Shown: positions 55,580 to 64,000 of the stretch, in pieces
Layout: each line of letters begins with the position of its first letter
Numbering within the stretch: position 1 is the stretch's first letter
DNA from: Bdellovibrionales bacterium
GTDB taxonomy: Bacteria > Bdellovibrionota > Bdellovibrionia > Bdellovibrionales > UBA1609
Assembly (NCBI GenBank): GCA_965219095.1
Contig: CBDCMT010000001.1
Span: 1,568,001 to 1,632,000 of the forward strand
Length of the DNA stretch: 64,000 nt
Direction of reading: 5' to 3'
Notes under the pieces: model-generated
What the model was told of the DNA's origin: nothing
The model's database searches: none
The model's input: only the letters and a program-made list of their open reading frames with translations
Position numbers and translations under genes: made by a program

Positions 55580-56779
55580 GAGGCTGCAAGATATGAGCCA
55601 GCGTCTCAGACGCTGTGAGCTTTTTGGAAAATTAAATGTGTCAAAAGAGGATGTCCCATTTCTCGGTGGAATTCTGTTCAAAAATGGAGCAGATAAGAGG
55701 ACTCTCTGGTGGATTTTTAAGTCCACCTAGGATTTAATAAATATTTAGAATGAATTAAAAATTAAACAAAAGGAGTCCAAAATGAAGAATACAAAAGAAA
55801 AAATATCAATTCAAGAACTATCGGATCACAAGGAGATTCAAGATGCTGTTCATAACTATATGAAGCATAGAATTCTTGACGTAATCTACCGGATATTTAA
55901 TGACGAAGTCACTAAGCTCTGTGGTCCACTATACGATCGAGAGGAAGAATGCATGCGAAATGGAAAAGCGATCCTGGGTCTGTTTATGCTCAAGGACAAA
56001 GAGTTTCGATTCGAAAGCCCAGAGTTAAAAAAGACGGAAAAGATGTCAAACTGCGAACATACTCTGCTTTGAGAAACTACGATGTTTTCACTGAAAAGAT
56101 TCAGAACCACCTTCTCCATGAAGTTTCAACAAGGGACTACGATCCTCTTTTAGAGGAGATCTCTGGTGGCACAGGAGTTAAGAAGAGCTCTGTTTCTAGA
56201 GCTTTTGTAAATTCCTCTAAGAAGGCTTTGGATGAGATGAACTCTAAGGGCTTGTCTGAGCATGAGTTTGTTTCAGTCATGATAGATGGAGTAGGCTTTG
56301 GAGATCGTACAGTGGTGCTTGCTTTAGATATCGACGTGAAGGGCAAAAAACACATTATAACCCGAGTTTCGACTTTTTTCAGGGCTAAAGGCTAGCTAAT
56401 ATAAACAAATACCTCAGACTTTTGTAAGATTTTCTTGAAAAAGCAACTTACAAGAAAAAACACCTTGAGAGTTATAAAAAAACATACAAGGAGGTCTAAG
56501 ATGTTTAATTCTAATTATATCATATCAATTTATGTTCTTGTCGATGATTTTTTAACCCCTCTCATACAGCAGCATCCAGAACTGGTTCCCAAAAATAAAG
56601 GAGGTTTTTCTTGTGCTATGTCTCCCAGCGAAATTGTCACTCTTTATCTTACTTTTCCAGTAACTGCTCACTTACATTGTTCAGTAGATTATGAATTGGC
56701 TTTGAAAGGTAAGTCGGTTATATGACCGACTTACGGACTTTCTTATTTTTTACAGTTACACAATTTAGCTTGCAGGCTC
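55580..56779 (+). mobile_element. IS256-family element, frameshifted and internally deleted or interrupted
   Basis: VSTRDY...SSVSR...MIDG; ends GAGGCTGCAAG / CTTGCAGGCTC. Confidence 0.72.
56360..56659 (+). mobile_element. IS982 5' fragment nested in IS256, cut by an IS66 left end
   Basis: TIR ACCCGAGTTTCGAC; GTAACTGCTCAC at 56660. Confidence 0.85.
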
Positions 56780-56856
56780 AAAAAAACTACACTAATACCT
56801 TATAACCCTACAATACCCTATACACCAAACAAAATAAATTGATTAAAAACTAAAGC

Positions 56857-57330
56857 TTATTGCTTATTACCTTGAATATTGTTTTGAGAACCTGGAAGCT
56901 CAAAGTTATTAGGCAATTGCTCTGAACTGTTTTTAGGAGCATTATAGTTTTTAGCCGCAGAAGCTACTTTTTCTTCAATACTAGGCTCTGTAACTTCCTG
57001 CTTTACTTCCTTTTTATGACCTTCTTTAGCTCTATGGGAGATAACACCTAGTTTGATGAAGTAATCCGTAATACTGCTATCTCCATTTTGAATCACATCT
57101 CTTAAAACTTCTACAGGAGCATAACTTTTTGATTTAAAGACGATTTGGGTTAAAGTAAGTGCCGTTACGTTTTCTTTCGTTTTGTTATCTATCACAATAA
57201 TATCTTCATTTTGTCTTATCATTTTTGCGATATCATCTAAAGTCACATAACAACTTTGTTCAGTATCATATAGTTTCCTATTTTGATACTTTTTAATGAT
57301 CTTTGTTTTTTTTGTCATATCTTTCATCAC
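56857..57330 (-). CDS. PhaR-type polyhydroxyalkanoate regulator DNA-binding domain protein
   Basis: IIKKYQNRKLYDT..S.YVTL.DI..MIR. Confidence 0.85.
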   Translation of the reverse strand: MMKDMTKKTKIIKKYQNRKLYDTEQSCYVTLDDIAKMIRQNEDIIVIDNKTKENVTALTLTQIVFKSKSYAPVEVLRDVIQNGDSSITDYFIKLGVISHRAKEGHKKEVKQEVTEPSIEEKVASAAKNYNAPKNSSEQLPNNFELPGSQNNIQGNKQ

Positions 57331-57617
57331 TACATCCTTTCTTTTATTTACCGAAAAGTTTATAATTTTGCTTTTTTCTTAACTATTTAATTACCCTCCT
57401 TTCTTACGCAAAATCTCACCTTTGTCTAGTTATTATAATATTTAGATGCAATAAGTCAAATTATCTTTTGAAGTTTGAAAAGAGTCGTTACTTTTCTAGA
57501 AAAATGAAAATGAGAACAGTTTGAGATAAAAAAGCATTCTCATCTAGCCCTATTTTCACTCTGGATTGTGATTTTTATAGGATTTAAGCTTTTAGAAGTT
57601 TTTTCCGAGACTGCAAT

Positions 57618-57814
57618 ATGGGAAATATAAGGCTTTTTTTTCCAAAAAAAGAGAAATCTCCTTATAAAACCTGGGATCTGTTTCTGGTAATTTTGAGCTT
57701 TTTGACCTTGATTTTCATACTTTCTGTAGTTTTTTTGACTCTAAGGAATTCTTATAAAATTTCTTCATCCCAGCTTAAAAATGATATGAAAATTCTAGCT
57801 TATCAAATAGGTAA
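57618..57814 (+). pseudogene. Membrane-anchored protein truncated by an IS630-A end
   Basis: Single TM helix; ORF ends inside the TIR at 57815. Confidence 0.5.
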
Positions 57815-57839
57815 TACCAATTACAGAAATTAATTCGAC

Positions 57840-58864
57840 GGTAAATCAAAAAGACAGGTCACTGGTTTAAGGTAAGTCGGTTTTTTAACAGCCCTTGACT
57901 CCTATAAGAAGATGTTTCTTAGATTTTAAAGGAGAAGTTTTTATTGATCTTGTTGTAAAACAAGCTTGAACAAGCCTGTAAGACGTTTTCCTAAGATCTT
58001 CCCCGTTACAAAAGTATTAGAGATAGAATAATTCTTAGTTTTTTTTTTCGTATTGTGATTTTCTTTGTGCTTTATTTTTTTAAGAACCCCCTCCTTATAG
58101 GAGTCAAGGGCTGTCAGACAACCGAGTTACGGTTTAAGCCATGATAGTGACCCTAAAGTACTTGCAGAAGGAGGTGAGCTTTTCGAGACAAATTCTAAAC
58201 CCTTTAGCTGGCCTGGTTTTTAAGGCCTCAAAGGGAAAAGCAAAAAAAAGATGTAAAATAGGATTTCAAGACTTTATTTATAAACAAACCAACAAAGGAG
58301 GAAAATAAAATGTATGATCACTATATAGCCGTAGATTGGGCACAAAGTAACATGGCCATTTCAAGGATGACAGGCAAATCAAAAGATATTAAGACTATGG
58401 ACACGATTTCAGATCTTGGGAATCTTCGTGCCTATTTAAAAACTCTGAAAGGTAAGAAGATATTGACTATCGAAGAGACTACAACTTCGATAGTGGTTGT
58501 ATTCAGAATTAAAGGATAGTGTTGATGAGTTCATAGTCTGTGATCCTCTTCGGAACAAACTTTTAAGTGAAGGGGCTAAAACTGATAAAATTGATGCTGA
58601 AAAACTTGTTTTATTGTTACGCTCTGGCCTTTTGAAACCAGTTTTTCACTCAGGTGATGAATTCATTTACCTTCGTAAGATTGTCAGTGGGTATGAAGAT
58701 GTGGTTAAAAGAGGAGTTCGTGTTAAAAGCCAAAGATCAGCGATAAAGCTATCAGTGCTTATGGGGAGGAGAAAGCATGTTATGAAGCAGAGTTTAAGAG
58801 GCTAAGTAAAAAACACAAAGATATTAGAAATCTTAGTAGCATTCCAGGAATTGGTTCTATCAAG
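57840..58864 (+). mobile_element. IS110-family element: 5' non-coding end plus frameshifted, truncated recombinase
   Basis: YIAVDW, EETT, AKTDKIDAEKL (RuvC-like DEDD) and LSSIPGIG in another frame; AGGAGG RBS. Confidence 0.85.
57872..58130. mobile_element. 259-bp non-coding MITE of IS66 type
   Basis: GTAAGTCGGTT...AACCGAGTTAC ends with about 35-bp imperfect TIRs, 8-bp TSD GGTTTAAG; empty site at 4583-4590. Confidence 0.9.
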
Positions 58865-60137
58865 TTACAAAGTAGAAAGAAGTGCCAACATCAAGACAAA
58901 ATTATTGGCTTTGCAGCATATGCAAGAAGGAAAATCGATTCAAGAAACAGCAGGTATGGTTTTGTATCACCGTCACAGTATCAAATCCTGGTTACAGTCT
59001 TTTTTTGTAGACTTTGATTACGAGGGATTGATAGATCGAGAAGGCAGAGGACGCAAGCCTCGTTTGCCAGTAACAGAAGAAGAGAACTTCAAAATCAAGT
59101 TAGATGAAATTCAAGACAAGAGAGAAGGAGGAAGCATAGGAGCAAAGGGAATACAGGAACTTTTAGCAGATGAATTTGACTGTTGCTATTCTCTTTCTGG
59201 GGTTTATGTTTCTTTAGACCGTCTTAATATTGTATGGATCAGTGGTCGTTCTCTTCATCCTAAAACTTCACAAGAAGCTATGGAACAGTTTAAGGAACAT
59301 TTTCCAGAAGAGGTGGAGAAAATAAAGGAAAAGATTCAGACTCATAAAATAGAGATTTGGTGGCAGGATGAATGCAGAATAAGCTCAGCAAGGTTCTTTG
59401 AGTAGGATTTGGGCAAGAAAAGGCACACGGCCTAGAGTTGTGAGACAAAGACAATTTTTATCCACTTATATTTTTGGAGCAGTTTGTCCGGATAGAGATA
59501 AAGGCTGTGCTTGGATCTTACCGGAATGTAATTCAGGGATGATGCAAATTCACTTAGATGAGATATCTAAAAATATTCAAGAAAACTATCATGGAATTGT
59601 TTTAATGGACAGAGCCAGTTGGCATACCACAGAGACTTTGATAGTTCCTAAGAATTTATCCCTGATGCCTTTACCTCCTTATAGTCCAGAATTAAATCCC
59701 ATGGAACAAGTCTGGCAACAATTACGAAGGATCAAATTATCGAATGCATGTTTTAAAAACTATGACCATATACTGAATACTTGTTGTGAGGCCTGGAATA
59801 CTTTTTGCGATCAGGAGGGCAGGATTAAAAAATTATGCACTCGATCTTGGGCAAAACAACAAGATGAATCAAGCTTGTAAATTAATTTGAACCTATAAAT
59901 TAAATTGTTTAACTGATTTTTGTCATTTTAAATTTTACCCTCACTTTTTCACTTATTTTAACCCATCAATCGATTCACACAACAAATAGATATACCTGAA
60001 ATAAACATATCTTATGAAAACTCACCTCCCCTCAAAAGAAGTTTTTTTAAAATCTCCTAACTGAAGCTTTTCCTTAAGTCAATTTTAAAATTTTAAATTT
60101 GAACATGAAAATGTCGAATTAATTTCTGTAATTGGTA
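58865..60137 (+). mobile_element. IS630-family element type A, copy 3, 5' truncated
   Basis: Essentially identical to copy 1. Confidence 0.92.
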
Positions 60138-60432
60138 TTATGTACATAATCCCCCCCTATAAATATGAACATACTAAAGACACACTATGTTGTCAAGCAA
60201 AAAAATACCAATGAAATCAAATAGTTATAAATTTAATCCTTTCTTGAAGGCGAACTCAGGGGGGGGGAGGAATAAATTCAACTGCCCTTTTAAAAAAATG
60301 GACTGAGTTAAAAAAGTGGGATTAAAATAAAGACCAAAAGCATGTAAAATTTGCAAAAAATTCCAGACGTTTGAAAGGCTGAAAAGACTTTTATCAGATT
60401 TCAAAATTTGAAACAGTTTATTTTATTTTTTG

Positions 60433-60483
60433 TTGACAGTCTGTTTAAAGTAACGTACAACCTAAGTCTAACGTAATACGTTA
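60433..60483 (+). promoter_or_regulatory. Putative promoter with palindromic operator
   Basis: TTGACA-17 bp-TACAAC; TAACGTAATACGTTA at 60469-60483 and half-site TAACGTA at 60451-60457. Confidence 0.55.
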
Positions 60484-60519
60484 AGAAAATGAAATAAACA
60501 AACATAGAAGGAGGAAAAA

Positions 60520-60990
60520 ATGAAAGACAAAAAAATAAGTAAATTAAGTGTAATCACGGCCTATTTGATAATAGGACTTGTAATTCTGGGAAATGCAAGC
60601 AAAGCCACAGCAGAGGCAGAAACTGATAGCTGTAATAATGTTTTAACCATACATGTAGGCTCATGTATTCCTAAAGGCTTTGAATCTAAAGGTTGTCATA
60701 GCTATTCGTTTAGAGAAGGCTATTGGTATAATAGAGGGAAATTAGATTCAACGTACTTAGGAACAAACGCTTATATTCCTGTCATTGAAAATTATATGAT
60801 TATCAATATGAAATCAGGAGATGTTATTAAAAAATACACAAAACAAGTAATTAGGGACGTAGGATCTGAGAGGCATTATTTTGGAACAAGGCTATCCGAT
60901 GAAAGAATAAAGAAAGACTTAGATGCACTCATCACTAGATGTAAAATAAAGAATAAAATAACTTTAAACGAAATGCCTAGATGTGATTAA
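60520..60990 (+). CDS. Hypothetical secreted protein
   Basis: Signal peptide, AGGAGG RBS, several cysteines. Confidence 0.65.
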   Translation: MKDKKISKLSVITAYLIIGLVILGNASKATAEAETDSCNNVLTIHVGSCIPKGFESKGCHSYSFREGYWYNRGKLDSTYLGTNAYIPVIENYMIINMKSGDVIKKYTKQVIRDVGSERHYFGTRLSDERIKKDLDALITRCKIKNKITLNEMPRCD

Positions 60991-60992
60991 AA

Positions 60993-62333
60993 TTGAATGT
61001 CTTAATGAAATATTTAAAAATATTTATCTTAATACAAATAGCTTTTGAAGGTTTAGTGCCTTCAAAAGCTTTTGGTATTCCTCAACACAAAGGAAGTGCT
61101 CTTGAGAGACCTTTTCATTACTCTGATCAAGAAACAGGAGCTGCAAATGTTATTTTAGTAGAAAAGAAGTATTATCTTTACGACCTCTATGAGTTTGGTT
61201 TGCATCTAAGAAAACCTCTGAAACCTGTTGAAGACAGAATGGGGATTTCTATAAAATTAGCTGATATGCTTCCTAAAAAACTTATTACAGAGCCTCAAGT
61301 TTTTAACTCCATTGTCTACATTTTAAATTCCATCTACGACAAATCACCTGAGGTGGCAGAAGAAATTATGGGAGCTTGGAAGTCCTACAATAATTGGTAT
61401 TATATCGATGATGATATAACTAATATCCATGATATTGATAGCTCTCCTCGAAATAAAGAACAAATACACACTATACTTTTTAGAGATGATAAAAAAAAGT
61501 TCATTGTTATAGAAAAGCCTGTTTTTAATCTTCTCCCCTATCTTCACAAAGCAGCCTTGTTCTTTCATGAAGCTTTTTATATACTCTCTAAAGACAAAAG
61601 CTCTTCAGATCATGCTCGCTATTTTACCAGCTTTATCTTTCAAGAAAACTTTTCTAAAGTTTCTTATGAGAAATTTATAGAACAATACGCTCATTTAACA
61701 CAAAAAAACAAATCTTCTTTTTTAACAAAAAAACAATGGGATCATCTTTCCACAAAAAAATATAGAAAGGCCTGTTCTCAAGAAAGAAAAAAACTTCAAT
61801 ATTTAGCCGTACAATTTCATGAAGCCTTTCATCATTATATATCTCAAATTCTGAAAATCAATTTCAAAACAAAACAACCCTTAAAGGCTTATCTTCCTAA
61901 TGGAGGAGACGTTCTAGAATATGATTTAACATCTTCTGTTGTAAAAAGACTTCCTCCCACTCTGCTTTACTTTTCTATAGATAATATCGATTTAGAGATT
62001 TCTCCTTATAATATTAGAGTTCCTCAAAACACTCATCTTCACTTAACAAGACATTTTTTCTATGATAGCAAAGAGAGTTCTTGTCTTCTTTTTGATGTTG
62101 ACTTTATGGTTTATTTTGAAAAGATAAGGGATCAAGCTAAGAAGCAGAAGCAATTTGAAAAAGACAATCTCATGGGACGTTGTTTTGTGAAAAAAGATTT
62201 AAAGGTGATCAACAACTTAAAAACTCTTCAAATTTTCAAAGAGAAGATAATACAATCTAAGAAGTGTTCTCAAGGGGAGTTGTTTCATCTCAACCCAATT
62301 TTAAAACAGTTCGGTGAAAGCAATGGACCTTAA
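60993..62333 (+). CDS. Hypothetical secreted protein with zincin-like HE motif
   Basis: Signal-like N-terminus; YLYDLYE and KAALFFHEAFY motifs. Confidence 0.6.
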   Translation: MNVLMKYLKIFILIQIAFEGLVPSKAFGIPQHKGSALERPFHYSDQETGAANVILVEKKYYLYDLYEFGLHLRKPLKPVEDRMGISIKLADMLPKKLITEPQVFNSIVYILNSIYDKSPEVAEEIMGAWKSYNNWYYIDDDITNIHDIDSSPRNKEQIHTILFRDDKKKFIVIEKPVFNLLPYLHKAALFFHEAFYILSKDKSSSDHARYFTSFIFQENFSKVSYEKFIEQYAHLTQKNKSSFLTKKQWDHLSTKKYRKACSQERKKLQYLAVQFHEAFHHYISQILKINFKTKQPLKAYLPNGGDVLEYDLTSSVVKRLPPTLLYFSIDNIDLEISPYNIRVPQNTHLHLTRHFFYDSKESSCLLFDVDFMVYFEKIRDQAKKQKQFEKDNLMGRCFVKKDLKVINNLKTLQIFKEKIIQSKKCSQGELFHLNPILKQFGESNGP

Positions 62334-63114
62334 GAAACCTACATCAAATCCTCCCGAGCCATATGATTTCTCTACTCTCTTAAGAAATGAATTCATGAAT
62401 CGTTGTCGGAAAAATAAAAGCTACTCTTTACGTGCTTTTTCCTACTCTTTAGGCATTTCTCCTTCCACTCTCTCAGGCTTTATGAATAAAAAACGGCCTT
62501 TGAGTAAAAAATCTATGTTCAAAATTGTAAATGCATTAAACTTAAGCCTTGAAGAAACAAAGAAATATGCAAATAACGAATGGCTTGGTTCTAAAAAACT
62601 CCCATCTTTTCAATCCATTAATTTAGATATTTTTACAGTTATCAGTGAATGGTATCATTTTGCTATTTTAGAACTATTTAATATTAAAGGTTTTGATACT
62701 TCATACAAATCTATTGCACACACTCTTAACATCACGCAAATGGAAGCCAAATTTGCTCTAAGAAGACTTGAAAAGGTCAACCTTGTAGAACCCAATAAGG
62801 AGGGAAAGCTTCAAACCACAGGACAGGGTTTTAATTCTTATTTACAAAAAGACTTTACTAACTCAGCATTTAAAAAACTACACGCTCAATTATTAGAAAA
62901 AGCTACATTGGCTTTAAATGAAATTCACATACAAGAAAGAGACAGCACAGCGATCACTATGGCGGTCCGCCGAAGAGATATGCCTAAAATTAAAAAGAAA
63001 ATAGCTTTTTTTCGTAGAGAGCTATCTAACTTTTTAAAGGATAAAAAAAATGCTGATTCTGTCTACCAATTGGTCATTGACTTTTTTCCCTTATCTAAGA
63101 AGATAGAAAAGTAG
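62314..63114 (+). CDS. TIGR02147/DUF4423-family HTH protein
   Basis: YSLRAF...LGISPS.LS..M..KR.LS, SEWYHFAILEL, VYQL....FPL. Confidence 0.85.
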   Translation: MKAMDLKKPTSNPPEPYDFSTLLRNEFMNRCRKNKSYSLRAFSYSLGISPSTLSGFMNKKRPLSKKSMFKIVNALNLSLEETKKYANNEWLGSKKLPSFQSINLDIFTVISEWYHFAILELFNIKGFDTSYKSIAHTLNITQMEAKFALRRLEKVNLVEPNKEGKLQTTGQGFNSYLQKDFTNSAFKKLHAQLLEKATLALNEIHIQERDSTAITMAVRRRDMPKIKKKIAFFRRELSNFLKDKKNADSVYQLVIDFFPLSKKIEK

Positions 63115-63417
63115 TAACTTCTTGGCACATTTCATATCTTTTTCCAAATGAAGCTCGTCTAAGTGGAACCTTAGCCCTTTATCTGATAAAAAACTTCCTA
63201 TACTGATGTCAAGACTTTTTTAAGTTTGCAAAATGAAAAAAATAGCCTTCTCAAAAGAATTCGTGGGTTCCCATTTAAATACATCTGAATCACGGCCAAA
63301 AAGTTTCTATAAAAATAAAAAGTTGTATGCAGTAAAAGCATTTAGATTTTCTACCCATTTCCCCTATGAGGTTATGATGGAAAAATGGTTGTACTGGATA
63401 AGTTAGGAATAATTTTA

Positions 63418-63831
63418 TCATATTAATTTTAATAAATTAGACTGATTACCCCTAGCAAAATTTAAAGGTAAAGAAGAAATACTTTTTAACCTTTGATTTG
63501 AAATATCAACGTATTCTTTGTTCATTTCAATAGCTATGAAGTTTCTGTTTAGCTTCTTGCAAGCCACAGCAGTTGTTTCACTTCCTGAAAAAGGATCCAA
63601 AACTAATGAACCTTCTCTTGTTGTTAGAGCAATTAAATACTCACATAAAGATAGAGGTTTAACAGTTTTATGATTATTAAAAGTACCTCTTTCATTTTTG
63701 CTAGGTTTTCCAGTTAAAAAAGCCCTATCAATAACTTTACTTATCTCCTCACTAGATAAAACATTAGAAGGAAACATATCTTTTTTTGAGCCCTGCTTAA
63801 GATTTGTATTCACTAAGGAGATATTATGTTT
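63418..63831 (-). pseudogene. C-terminal remnant of an N6/N4 DNA methyltransferase
   Basis: HKTVKPL..., VLDPFSGSETT (Glu at the usual Gly), IAIE...EY; upstream part disrupted by IS ends. Confidence 0.8.
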
Positions 63832-63869
63832 GGCTCCTCCCGGGAATCTGTGGGTTCCCGGGAGGAGCC
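63832..63869. repeat. 38-bp hairpin of two ISL3-like ends
   Basis: GGCTCCTCCCGGGAA-TCTGTGGG-TTCCCGGGAGGAGCC. Confidence 0.75.
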
Positions 63870-64000
63870 TAAAAATACAGGCTTATACCAATTGCAGAAG
63901 GTAAGGTTTTTGTACTTTCTTTAGGACCTAATAAAAAACGAAATACAAGCTCCTCTGATTCCTCAGCTTGTTATGATGATCTTCTTGTATTTTATTCCTT

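Overview
Low-GC bacterial chromosomal window, most likely Bdellovibrionota (inferred from parA-parB-bactofilin, a Bdellovibrio-style tad cluster with fused CpaE-TadA, a TIGR02147/DUF4423 regulator and a PhaR-like protein). Roughly one third is insertion-sequence DNA (IS66, two IS630 types, IS982, IS1634, IS3, IS256, IS110, plus IS5/IS30/ISL3 debris and several MITE families), which suggests a host-associated genome undergoing IS expansion, rearrangement and pseudogenisation. Intact core islands are tsaB-rluD, parS-parA-parB-bactofilin, a tad/Flp pilus cluster, csrA, aroC, prpDBC, a PmtA-like methyltransferase, a stand-alone 23S-5S rRNA unit, a radC-like gene and a phaR-like gene. Best leads: (1) a 1848-aa prepilin-signal protein carrying exactly 28 RCC1 blades (4 x 7); (2) an NYN/PIN nuclease preceded by a structured leader RNA plus terminator, an architecture resembling type III toxin-antitoxin systems; (3) an IS110 left non-coding end fused twice at the same base inside an IS630 terminal repeat; (4) a T9 frameshift in the Tad prepilin peptidase; (5) a recurrent class of ultra-short head-to-head IS-end palindromes. 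All calls are by eye; no database search was run.
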